From contig CAVRZW010000014.1 of the NCBI GenBank assembly GCA_963725755.1, forward strand, positions 26,799-90,798: a stretch of DNA of 64,000 nucleotides, in the 5' to 3' direction. Positions 38,811-48,232 of the stretch are shown here, piece by piece. The translations under genes and the position numbers were made by a program. This DNA is from an uncultured beta proteobacterium (GTDB lineage: Bacteria > Pseudomonadota > Gammaproteobacteria > Burkholderiales > Burkholderiaceae_C). The stretch's first letter is position 1. Each line of letters opens with the position of its first letter. The notes under the pieces were generated by a model. The model was not told where the DNA came from, searched no databases, and worked only from the letters and a program-made list of their open reading frames with translations.

Positions 38811-39628
38811 AGCGCCCGCTGGCCACGCTGGCGGTCAACGGCGCGCTGCTGCTGGCCGCCGCGGCGGCGCTGTTCCCGCTGGCCTGGATGGTCGCCGTCT
38901 CGTTCATGCCGACCGGCGCGGCGAGCACCTACCCGCCGCCGATCTGGCCGCGCCAGCCGACGCTGGCGCATTACCGGCAGCTGCTCGCGCAAGGCGGCCT
39001 GGGCCGCGCCTTCGCCAACAGCCTGGGCCTGGCGATCGCCGCCACCGCGGTCTCGACCTTCCTCAACGCACTCGCCGGCTACTCCTTCGCGAAGCTGCGC
39101 TTTTCCGGCCGCGACCGGCTGTTCGCGCTGCTCATCGCCGCGCTCGTGATCCCGGGCCAGGTGGCGATGCTGCCGCTGTTCCTGATGCTCAAGAGCCTGG
39201 GCCTGGTCAACAGCTACGCCGGCGTGCTCGTGCCGTCGCTCGCCGGCATCTTCGGCATCTTCCTCGTGCGTCAGTACGCGCGCGGCATCCCCGACGAGCT
39301 GATCGAGGCCGCGCGCATCGACGGCGCCGGCGAGTTCAGGCTCTTCTTCGCCGTCGTGCTGCCGCTGCTCAAGCCGGTGCTGGTGACGCTGGCGGTGTTC
39401 GCCTTCCTCGGCAGCTGGAACGACTTCATGTGGCCGCTGATCGTGCTCACCGACACCGGGCTGCAGACGCTGCCGGTGGCGCTGGCCTCGCTGTCGCGCG
39501 AGCATGTGCAGGACAGCGAGCTGATGATGGCCGGCGCGGTGATCACGGTGCTGCCGGTGCTGCTGCTGTTCGTCGCGCTGCAGCGCTACTACATGCAGGG
39601 GCTGCTGATGGGCAGCGTGAAGGGATGA
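38807..39628 (+). CDS. carbohydrate ABC transporter permease
   Basis: The start overlaps upstream by ATGA. The EAA loop is IEAARIDGAGEFRLFFAVVLP. Confidence 0.9.
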   Translation: MKRPLATLAVNGALLLAAAAALFPLAWMVAVSFMPTGAASTYPPPIWPRQPTLAHYRQLLAQGGLGRAFANSLGLAIAATAVSTFLNALAGYSFAKLRFSGRDRLFALLIAALVIPGQVAMLPLFLMLKSLGLVNSYAGVLVPSLAGIFGIFLVRQYARGIPDELIEAARIDGAGEFRLFFAVVLPLLKPVLVTLAVFAFLGSWNDFMWPLIVLTDTGLQTLPVALASLSREHVQDSELMMAGAVITVLPVLLLFVALQRYYMQGLLMGSVKG

Positions 39629-42600
39629 AGAACGCCCGCGCCCTCGCGCTGCGCGTTGTCGCGTTGCTGCTCGCCGTCGCGCCGCTGGGGCCCGCAGCGC
39701 GTGCCGCGGGGCTGCGCCACGAGACGCTGGACGACTTCCGCGACGCCGAGGCCTGGACCGCGAGCGCCTCCGACCAGGTCCATGCCGCGTTGCGCCGCGA
39801 CCGCGACGGTGGCCTGTGCCTGGACGCCGACTTCGCCGGTGTCTCCGGCTATGCGGTGATGCGGCGCCAGCTGCCGGTGGACTGGCCGGCGCAGTTCGAC
39901 CTCGTCGCGCGCCTCAAGGGCGGCGGCGCGGCCAACGACCTGCAGCTCAAGCTCGTCGATGCCGGTGGCGACAACGTCTGGTGGGTGAACCGGCCGCACG
40001 CGGTGCTGCCGCGCGCGCTGGCCGATTGGAAGTTCAAGCGCCGCCATTTCGACTTCGCCTGGGGCCCGGCAGCCGATCACGCGTTGCGGCGCACGCAGGC
40101 GATCGAGTTCGTGCTCGCCGCCGGGCGCGCCGGTGGCCGCAGTTCGCTGTGCGTCGCGAAGCTGACGCTGGTCGAGCGCGCGCCCGACCCGGCGGTCTGG
40201 CCGACGCCCGTCGTTCGCCGCGGCGCGCGGCAGCTCGACATCGACTGGGGCCTGGTGCGCGAGTTCAACGGCGTCGCGCTGCACTGGCCGGCCGGCGCCA
40301 GCGGCCTGGACTACGAACTGCTCGCGTCCGACGATGCCCGGCAATGGCGCTGCTGCGCCGCGTCCGCGGCAGCGACGGCGGACTCGATGCGCTGTTCCTG
40401 CCCGAGCAGGAGGCGCGCCACCTGCGCGTGAAGCTGCTGCGCGGCAAGACGTTGCCGAGCCTGGCCTTGCGCAGCGCCAAGGACTGGCCCGACTTCAACG
40501 CCGTGCTCGAGGCACTCGCCGCCGAGCTGCCACGCGGGCAGCTGCCGCGGGCCTTCGCCGGCGAGCAGAACTACTGGACGCTGGTCGGCGTCGACGGCGG
40601 CGGCGAGCGATCCGGGCTGATCGGTGAAGACGGCGCGCTCGAAGTCGGCCGCGGCGGCTACAGCGTCGAGCCGGCGGTGCGGATGGACGACGGCCGCATC
40701 GCGACCTGGGCCGACGTCAGGATCGGCCACGGCCTGCGCGACGGCTACCTGCCGCAGCCGCGCGTGAGCTGGCAGGGCGACGGCTTCACGCTGGACATCG
40801 ACGCCACCGCCGACGGTCCGCGCGACGCGCCCGAACTGCTGGCGCGCTACACGCTGCGCAACACCGGCACGCGCACGCGCCGCTTCACGCTCTTGCTCGC
40901 GCTGCGGCCATGGCAGGTCAACCCGCCGCAGCAGTTCCTGAACACGCCCGGCGGCGCGAGCCCGATCGCATCGCTGCGCTGGGGCCCGCGGGGCCTGGCC
41001 GTCGATGGCCGGCCGCCGCTGCGCCCCAGCCCCGAGCCGCAGCACGTCACGGCGCTGCCCTTCGACGGCGGCCTGGGCCTGGCATCGCTGCTGGCCGCGC
41101 CGGCACTCGGCACGCTGCACGACGGCCAGGCGCATGCGTCGGCGGCAATGCAGTTCCGCCTCACGCTGGCGCCCGGCGCCGCGCAGACGCTGGGCTGGGT
41201 GGCGCCGCTGGGGGAGCATGCCACCTCCACGCGACTGACCTCGACGGCCGACCTCGACGCCCGCTTCGATGCCGCCGCTGCCGCCTGGCGCGCACGGCTG
41301 GACCGCGTGCGGCTGCGCGCCGGGCCCGCCGTGCAGCCGATCGCCGACACCCTGCGCAGCGCGCTGGCGCAGATCCTGATGTCGCGCGACGGCCCGGCGC
41401 TGCAGCCGGGCACGCGCTCGTACGCGCGGACCTGGGTGCGCGACGGCGCGATGATGGTCGCCGGCCTCGTGCGGCTGGGCGAAGTCGAGGTCGCGCGCGA
41501 GTTCGTCGACTGGTACGCGACGCATGTGTTCGCGTCGGGCAAGGTGCCCTGCTGCGTCGATGCGCGCGGCGCCGACCCGGTGGTCGAGAACGACAGCGCG
41601 GGCGAGTTCCTCTACGCGGTGGCCGAGGTCTGGCGCCACACCCGCGACGACGCCTGGCTCGCGCGCCACTGGGCCTTGATCCAGCGTGTCGTCGACCATC
41701 TCGAAAGCCTGCGCCAGAGCGAGCGCGGCGCGGACAACCGCAGCCCCGAACGCGCCAACCTGTTCGGGCTGCTGCCGCCTTCGATCAGCCACGAAGGCTA
41801 TTCGGCCAAGCCGGCCTATTCGTACTGGGACGACTTCTGGGGCCTGCGCGGCTACAAGGATGCGGTGGTCGTCGCGCGCGCGCTCGGCCACGCAGACGAG
41901 GCCACGCGCTGGGCCGGCTGGCGCGACGAGTTCGGGCGCGAACTGGCGCAGTCGGTCGCGGCCACCGCCCTGCGCGACCATCTCGACTACGTTGCCGGCG
42001 CCGCCGACCGCGGCGACTTCGACGCCACCTCGACCACCGTGGCGCTGAACCCGGCGCAGGCCGAACTGCCCGCGGGCCTGCTGCGAGGCACGTTCGAGCG
42101 CTACTGGCAGCAATCGCTGGCGCGCGCCGAAGGCCGCCGCGCCTGGAAGGACTACACGCCTTACGAGCTGCGCACGGTCGGCGCGTTGGCGCGTCTGGGC
42201 TGGCCCGAGCGCGCCCACGCGATGCTGCGTTTCTTCTTCGCCGACCAGCGGCCGGCGGGCTGGAACCAATGGGCCGAGGTCGTGCGCGCCGATCCGCGCG
42301 AGCGCGGCTTCCTCGGCGACATGCCGCATGCCTGGGTCGCGTCGGACTTCATCCGCTCGGCACTCGACCTCTTCGCCTACGAGCGCGAGCGCGACGACGC
42401 GATCGTCATCGGCGCCGGCTGGACCGACGCCTGGCGCGCCAGCGGCATCGAGATCAGCGGCCTGCAGACCGCGTGGGGCCGGCTCGACTACCGGCTGGCG
42501 CCGACGCCGCAGGGCTGGCTGCTGCAGCTGCCGCGCGCGCTCAGCGGCGGCCGGCTGCGCCTGGTCTGGCCCGGAAGCGGGCCGCTGCCCCATGCCAGCC

Positions 42601-42713
42601 ATCGAGGGCTGCCGCTGGCCTGGGACGGGCGCGAACTCGCGCTGCCGGCGGCGCCGGCCACCGTCCTGCTCGAACGTCCCGCCCCCGCAAACCCCGCCCC
42701 CGACAAGCCATGA
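39625..42713 (+). pseudogene. secreted multidomain glycoside-hydrolase-like protein of unknown family (beta-sandwich/discoidin-like modules plus an (alpha/alpha)6-like domain); frame broken near 40345
   Basis: The start overlaps upstream by ATGA. The signal peptide is MKNARALALRVVALLLAVAPLGPAARA. A discoidin-like signature, LDYELLASDDARQW, is followed in the other frame by LLRRVRGSDGGLDALFLPEQEARHLRVKLL. The C-terminal region has TRSYARTWVRDGAMM, VENDSAGEF and YSYWDDFWGLRGY, reminiscent of clan GH-L (GH15-like) barrels. The two halves are ORF 39430..40431 and ORF 39816..42713. Confidence 0.5.
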
Positions 42714-43441
42714 TCACCCGCCGAACCGCCCTGCTGGCCCCCGCCTTCGCCCCCGCGCTGATGACCGCCTGTTCCACCGTCCCCGCGCCGGCCGAAGGCC
42801 AGCACCCGCTGCAGCTCGACGTCCCCGGCACCGACACCCCGGTGCGCCTGCTGCTGGCGCTGCCGCGCGGCTACGCCGCATCGACCCGGCCCTGGCCGCT
42901 GGTCGTCTTCCTGCACGGCTCGGGCGAGCGCGGCAGCGACGTCGAGCGGGTCAAGGTCAACGGCCCGCCCAAGCTCGTCGGTGCGGGCGTCGAATACCCG
43001 TTCGTGCTCGTCTCACCGCAGCTCGACGAGGGCCGGCATTGGGAGCCCGGGTCCCTGAACGCCCTGCTGCAGGCACTGCGCTCGCGCCTGCGCATCGACC
43101 CCGACCGCGTCTGTGCCACCGGCCTGAGCCTGGGCGGCATCGGCGTGTGGGATTGGGCCACCGCCTACCCGGACGACCTCGCCGCCATCGCCCCGGTGTG
43201 CGGCTACGGCGACACCGACGACGCCTGCCGCGCGCGCCGGGTGCCGGTGCGCGCATACCACGGCGCCGACGATCCGGTGGTGCCGATCGCGCTCGAACAG
43301 GCCTCTGTCGATGCCCTGCGCGGCTGCGGCGGCAAGGTGGACTTCATCGTCTATCCGGGCGTCGGCCACAACGCCTGGGAGCGCGCCTATGCCGACCCCG
43401 CGCTCGTGCCCTGGCTGATGGCACAGCGGCGCCGGGCCTGA
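42710..43441 (+). CDS. alpha/beta-hydrolase esterase lipoprotein (phospholipase/carboxylesterase or PHB-depolymerase-like)
   Basis: The start overlaps upstream by ATGA. The lipobox is LMTAC. The sequence also has VVFLHGSGERG, the nucleophile elbow GLSLGG, HGADDPVV and GVGHNAW. Confidence 0.75.
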   Translation: MITRRTALLAPAFAPALMTACSTVPAPAEGQHPLQLDVPGTDTPVRLLLALPRGYAASTRPWPLVVFLHGSGERGSDVERVKVNGPPKLVGAGVEYPFVLVSPQLDEGRHWEPGSLNALLQALRSRLRIDPDRVCATGLSLGGIGVWDWATAYPDDLAAIAPVCGYGDTDDACRARRVPVRAYHGADDPVVPIALEQASVDALRGCGGKVDFIVYPGVGHNAWERAYADPALVPWLMAQRRRA

Positions 43442-43457
43442 GGACGCGGCGGGCCAG

Positions 43458-46400
43458 ATGCACATCCTGCGCGGCCGCTCGGGCCTGTGGTTCGAGATCC
43501 TCTCGCACGGCGGCGTGCGCCGCTGCGGCCGCGGCGACGACGTGCTGGGCCTGTTCGTCGGCAGCGAGGTCGAGGCCGCGCCGGCCAACCTGTGGCTGCG
43601 CCGGCAGCGCGCCGATGGCGTCGACCTTCTGCCGCTGCTCGGCCCGGCGAGCGCGTCGCGCCTGCACTTCAGCGCCGATCGCTTCGGCGCGGCCGGCGCG
43701 GCCGCGGGCCTGCAGTGGCAGATCGAGCTGGTGCTGGCGCAGGACGCGCCGGCCTGGTTCTGGCGCGTCGAGGTCTGCAACACCGGTGACGCGGTGCAGA
43801 CGCTGGAACTGGTGTGGGTCCAGGACGTCGCCCTCGCGCCCTATGGCGCACTGCGGTTGAACGAGCATTACGTCAGCCATTACATCGACCTCGCGCCACT
43901 GGCCCACCGCGAGCGCGGCTGGGTCGTCGCCGCGCGCCAGAACCTCGCCGTCGGCGGCCGCCACCCCTGGGCCCTGTTCGGCTCGCTGCAGCGCGCGGCC
44001 TCGTTCGCCACCGATGCCCTGCAGGTCCAGGGCCGGGGTGCGCGCAGCGGCGCGCAGCCGGCCGGACTGGTGCAGGGACTGCCAGCCCGGCGGTTGCAGC
44101 ACGAGCACTCGACGGTGGCGCTGCAGGACGCTCCCGTCGTGCTGGCGCCCGGCGAGAGCGCGGCGCTGGGCTTCTTCGGCCATTGCCTGCCCGACCACCC
44201 GGCGGCCACCAGCGAGGCCGACCTCGCGCTCGTCGAGGCGACGCTGGCACTGCCCGAAGCCACGCGGCCGCTGGCACCGCCCGCCGGGCCCGGCCAGGCG
44301 CCGGCCGCGACGCTGTTCAGTCAGCGACCGATGCTCGATGCGCTCGACCTCGGCGACGGCGAACTCGCCGCCCGGTACGCAGCGCCGCGGCGCCACGAAG
44401 AGCGCGACGGCGACACGCTGCTCGCGTTCTTCTGCGGCGACGCGTGCCACGTCGTGCTGCGCGCCAAGGAAGCGCAGGTGCTGCGGCCGCACGGCCACAT
44501 CCTGCGCACCGGCGCGCAGCTCGTGCCCGACGAGAGCGCGCTGACCTCGACCACCTGGATGGCCGGTGTGTTCCATTCGATGGTCACGCAGGGCCATGTC
44601 AGCATCAACCGCTTCCTGTCCACCGTGCACGGCTACCTGGGGCAGTTCCGCTCGCATGGCCTGCGCCTGTTCGTCGATCTCGGCGACGGCTGGCAGCAAC
44701 TCGGCGTGCCCTCGGCCTTCGAGATCGAGCCCGAAGGCTGCCGCTGGGTCTATCGCCATCGCGACGGGCTGTTCACGGTGCGCAGCCGCGCGCTCGACGC
44801 ACCGCAGCGGCTGGCGCTCGACATCGACGTCGCGCAAGGCGCGCCGCTGCGCTGGCTCGTCAGCCAACACCTCGCGCTGGCCGGTGACGACGGCAGCGCC
44901 GGCGGCCCGGCGCAGATCGGCCGCCTCGACGGCGGCGGCCTGTTCGTCGCGCCGCCACCGGGCAGCGATCTCGCGCGGCGCTTCCCTGGCGGCGGCTTCG
45001 TCGTCGAGCCGGCGCCGGACACGCGCTTCGAGCGTGTCGGCGGCGACGAGCTGCTGTACATCGACGGCCGCTCGCGCGCGCAGCCCTTCCTGTGCATCGA
45101 GATCGGCGCCGCGCCGCACTTCGGGCTGAGCCTGAACGGTCGCTTCGTCGAGCCTTCCCCGGCTGCCGACGCGGCGCCGCTGCCGCGGCTGCGCCTGCGC
45201 GCGCCGCCGGACGGCGCGCTGGCCGGCGGCATCGCGCAGCTCGACGAGATCGTTCCCTGGTTCGTCCACAACGCCCTCGTGCATTACCTGGCGCCGCGCG
45301 GGCTGGAGCAGTACTCGGGCGGCGGCTGGGGCACGCGCGACGTCTGCCAGGGTCCGCTGGAGATGCTGCTGGCCCTGGGCCGCACGGCGCCGGCGCGCGA
45401 CCTGCTGCTGCGCACCTACGCGGCGCAGAACGCCGACGGCGACTGGCCGCAGTGGTTCATGTTCTTCGAGCGCGACCGCGCGAACCGCGCCGGCGACTCG
45501 CATGGCGACATCGTCTTCTGGCCGCTGCTCGGCCTGGCCCGTTACCTGGCCACCAGCGGCGACGCGGCACTGCTCGACGAGGTGCTGCCGTTCCACGACG
45601 CCGAGCCGGCCCCGCTGTGGCAGCACGTGCAGCGCGCGCTGGCGCTGATCGACTCGCGCCGCATCGCCGGCACGAGGCTCGTGGCCTACGGGCACGGCGA
45701 CTGGAACGACGCCCTGCAACCCGCCGACCCGGCGCTGCGCGAACACCTGTGCAGCGCCTGGACGGTGACGCTGCACCACCAGATGCTGGTCGCCCTGGCG
45801 CAGGCGCTGCGCGGCATCGGGCGCGACGCCGACGCCGCGCCGCTCGACGCCGAAGCCGGGCGCGTGCAGGCCGACTTCAGGCGCTGGCTGCTCGTCGATG
45901 GCGTCGTCACCGGCTACGCGCTGTTCGCCGAAGAGGGCACGCCGCCCGGCCTGCTGCTGCATCCGAGCGACCGCAAGACCGGGCTGCGCTACAGCCTGCT
46001 GCCGATGATGCACGCGGTGCTGGAGAACCTGCTCTCGCCGGCCGAGGCGCGGCAGCAGCTGGCGCTGATCGGCGAGCACCTGCTGGGCCCCGACGGCGCG
46101 CGCCTGTTCGACGCGCCGCTGGCCTACCGCGGCGGGCCCGAGCGCATCTTTCAGCGCGCCGAGAGCAGCGCCTACTTCGGGCGCGAGATCGGCCTCATGT
46201 ACACCCACGCCCACCTGCGCTACGCCCAGGCGCTGGCCCATGTGGGCGACGCCGAGGGCTTCTTCGCGGCGCTGCTGCGCGCCCAGCCGCTGGGCCTGGG
46301 CGAACGCGTGGCGGCTGCGACGCCGCGCCAGGCCAACTGCTACTACTCGAGCTCGGACGCCGCCTTCGCCGACCGCTACGAGGCCTCGCGCGAGTACGCC

Positions 46401-46778
46401 CGCGTGCGCGCTGGCACGGTGGCGCTTGAAGGCGGCTGGCGCGTCTATTCCAGCGGCCCGGGCATCGCACTGGGCGTGCTGTGGCGGCAGCTCGTCGGCA
46501 TGAGCTGCGAGCACGACGAGCTGGCGCTCGACCCGGTGCTCCCGAGTGCCCTCGACGGCCTGCGCGCCGAGCTCGTCGTCGGCGATCGTGAGTTCGATGT
46601 CCTCTACCGCGTCGGCCGCGCCGGCTGCGGGCCGCTGGCCGTCACGCTCAACGGGCAGGCGCTCGCGTTCGCGCGCCGGGCCAATCCGTACCGCCTCGGC
46701 GCAGCGGCGGTGCCGCGGGCACTCTTCGAGTCGGCGTGCCGCGCCGGCCGCAATGCGCTGGTGATCGAGATCGCATGA
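43458..46778 (+). CDS. GH94-type glycoside phosphorylase, long form (candidate 1,2-beta-oligoglucan phosphorylase)
   Basis: The protein is 1106 aa. The catalytic-region signature is LVAYGHGDWNDAL. GGGWGTRDVCQG and YFGREIGLMYTHAHLRY are typical of the cellobiose-phosphorylase superfamily. No signal peptide is present. Confidence 0.75.
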   Translation: MHILRGRSGLWFEILSHGGVRRCGRGDDVLGLFVGSEVEAAPANLWLRRQRADGVDLLPLLGPASASRLHFSADRFGAAGAAAGLQWQIELVLAQDAPAWFWRVEVCNTGDAVQTLELVWVQDVALAPYGALRLNEHYVSHYIDLAPLAHRERGWVVAARQNLAVGGRHPWALFGSLQRAASFATDALQVQGRGARSGAQPAGLVQGLPARRLQHEHSTVALQDAPVVLAPGESAALGFFGHCLPDHPAATSEADLALVEATLALPEATRPLAPPAGPGQAPAATLFSQRPMLDALDLGDGELAARYAAPRRHEERDGDTLLAFFCGDACHVVLRAKEAQVLRPHGHILRTGAQLVPDESALTSTTWMAGVFHSMVTQGHVSINRFLSTVHGYLGQFRSHGLRLFVDLGDGWQQLGVPSAFEIEPEGCRWVYRHRDGLFTVRSRALDAPQRLALDIDVAQGAPLRWLVSQHLALAGDDGSAGGPAQIGRLDGGGLFVAPPPGSDLARRFPGGGFVVEPAPDTRFERVGGDELLYIDGRSRAQPFLCIEIGAAPHFGLSLNGRFVEPSPAADAAPLPRLRLRAPPDGALAGGIAQLDEIVPWFVHNALVHYLAPRGLEQYSGGGWGTRDVCQGPLEMLLALGRTAPARDLLLRTYAAQNADGDWPQWFMFFERDRANRAGDSHGDIVFWPLLGLARYLATSGDAALLDEVLPFHDAEPAPLWQHVQRALALIDSRRIAGTRLVAYGHGDWNDALQPADPALREHLCSAWTVTLHHQMLVALAQALRGIGRDADAAPLDAEAGRVQADFRRWLLVDGVVTGYALFAEEGTPPGLLLHPSDRKTGLRYSLLPMMHAVLENLLSPAEARQQLALIGEHLLGPDGARLFDAPLAYRGGPERIFQRAESSAYFGREIGLMYTHAHLRYAQALAHVGDAEGFFAALLRAQPLGLGERVAAATPRQANCYYSSSDAAFADRYEASREYARVRAGTVALEGGWRVYSSGPGIALGVLWRQLVGMSCEHDELALDPVLPSALDGLRAELVVGDREFDVLYRVGRAGCGPLAVTLNGQALAFARRANPYRLGAAAVPRALFESACRAGRNALVIEIA

Positions 46779-46929
46779 AGCGCGCCGCCGGCAGTGAGGC
46801 AGCCGCGGATCCTCGGTCGCCTCAGTCGGCGCAAAACGACATCCGCGCGTTCATGGATGGCCGGGCGTCGCGGATGGTGCTGGAATCGACGACGGCAAGT
46901 TGCCAACCCATCACGAGACGAGGAACCCC

Positions 46930-47205
46930 ATGAAGAAGACCCTGCTGACCGCGGCCATCACCGCGCTTGCCCTGATGACCGGTCAGGCTTTCGCGGCCGA
47001 CGCCGATTGCGCGGCCCAGGCCGCCGCGAAGAAGCTTTCAGGCGCCGCCAAGACCAGCTTCATCAAGAAATGCGAGAAGGACGCCGCCCCCGCCATGAGT
47101 GCCAGCTGCGAGAAGACGGCTGCCGAGAAGAAGCTGGCCGGCGCGGCCAAGGCGAGCTTCGTCAAGAAGTGCACGGCCGACGAGGCCGCCGGCAAGAAGA
47201 AGTAG
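46930..47205 (+). CDS. PsiF-repeat small periplasmic protein
   Basis: GAGG lies 6 nt upstream of the ATG. The signal peptide is MKKTLLTAAITALALMTGQAFA. There are two repeats, C..AAAKKLSGAAKTSFIKKC and C..AAEKKLAGAAKASFVKKC. Confidence 0.7.
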   Translation: MKKTLLTAAITALALMTGQAFAADADCAAQAAAKKLSGAAKTSFIKKCEKDAAPAMSASCEKTAAEKKLAGAAKASFVKKCTADEAAGKKK

Positions 47206-47217
47206 GAACGGGCGCCG

Positions 47218-48147
47218 TCACGGCGGCGGCGCAGCCCGGTGGCCGGCGGTCCAGTAGCCCGGATCGCCGTAGCTGTGCTTGATGAAGTCGATCCACAGCC
47301 GCACCCGCAAGGGCAGGTGCTTGCGCTGCGGAAAGACGGCGAAGATGCCGTTGACCGGCGCCGCGAAGTCCTGCAGCACCGCCTGCAATTTGCCGCTCGC
47401 CAGGTCTTCCTCGACCTCCCAGGTGCTGCGCCAGGCGATGCCCAGACCCTGCACGCACCAGTCGTGCAGGACCTGCCCGTCGCTGCAGTCCAGCGGCCCG
47501 CTGGGTCGCAGATGGGTCAACTCGCCATCGATCGTGAAGGCCCAGCCGCGGGTCTGGCTGGCGTCCGAACTCAGTGTCAGGCAGGCATGGCGCATGAGGT
47601 CGGCCGGCGTGGCCGGAATGCCGGCGCGCGCCAGGTAGGCGGGGGCGGCCACGCACAGCCTGCGGTTGTCGGCCAGCCGCACGCTGACCAGGCTGGAGTC
47701 GGGCAGGTCGCCGACGCGCACGGCGCAATCGAAGCCCTCGTTGACGATGTCGACCACGCGGTCGCTCAGGTTCAGCGACAGGCTGACCTCGGGGTGCGTG
47801 GCGATGAATGCCGGCACCAGCGGCGCGACATGGCGGCGGCCGAAACCGGCCGGCGCGGTGACGCGCAGATGCCCGCTGGCCTTGACGCCGCCGGCGCTGA
47901 CGCTGGCCTCGGCGCTGGCGAGGTCGGCCAGCAGGCGCTGGCAATCCTCCAGGAAAGCGCTGCCCTCGTGGGTCAGCGTGATGCGCCGCGTGGTGCGCAA
48001 CAGCAGCTTCACGCCCAGCCGCTCTTCCAGCCCGTCGATGCGCCGTCCGATCACCGCCGGCGCCACGCCCGCGGCCTGCGCCGCAGCAGTCAGGCTGCCC
48101 TTGGTCGACACGGCAACGAAGGATTCGATCTGCTTGAGCCGGTCCAT
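47218..48147 (-). CDS. LysR-family transcriptional regulator
   Basis: The N-terminal HTH is FVAVSTKGSLTAAAQAAGVAPAVIGRRIDGLEERLGVKLLLR, followed by a LysR substrate-binding domain. Confidence 0.9.
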   Translation of the reverse strand: MDRLKQIESFVAVSTKGSLTAAAQAAGVAPAVIGRRIDGLEERLGVKLLLRTTRRITLTHEGSAFLEDCQRLLADLASAEASVSAGGVKASGHLRVTAPAGFGRRHVAPLVPAFIATHPEVSLSLNLSDRVVDIVNEGFDCAVRVGDLPDSSLVSVRLADNRRLCVAAPAYLARAGIPATPADLMRHACLTLSSDASQTRGWAFTIDGELTHLRPSGPLDCSDGQVLHDWCVQGLGIAWRSTWEVEEDLASGKLQAVLQDFAAPVNGIFAVFPQRKHLPLRVRLWIDFIKHSYGDPGYWTAGHRAAPPP

Positions 48148-48150
48148 GGA

Positions 48151-48173
48151 GATCGATTATGCCTATTCCGATC
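48151..48173. promoter_or_regulatory. candidate LysR-type binding site in a divergent promoter region
   Basis: GATCG-N13-CGATC is an inverted repeat immediately upstream of the LysR start. It sits in an AT-richer 85-bp divergent intergenic region. Confidence 0.3.
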
Positions 48174-48232
48174 ACCAATCCCTGACAACGAAGGCACTTA
48201 ATGCCCGCACCCATATCGAATAGAGTGCCCGG

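Noticed and set aside
40344-42713. The alternative reading of the GH-like region as two overlapping genes, 39625..40431 and ATG 40344..42713.
   Set aside because: The first product would end in 29 aa of Cys/Ser/Arg-rich nonsense. The second would lack a signal peptide and begin in the middle of a discoidin-like beta-sandwich. A 1-nt deletion explains both observations. The alternative is kept as the refutation route in the finding.
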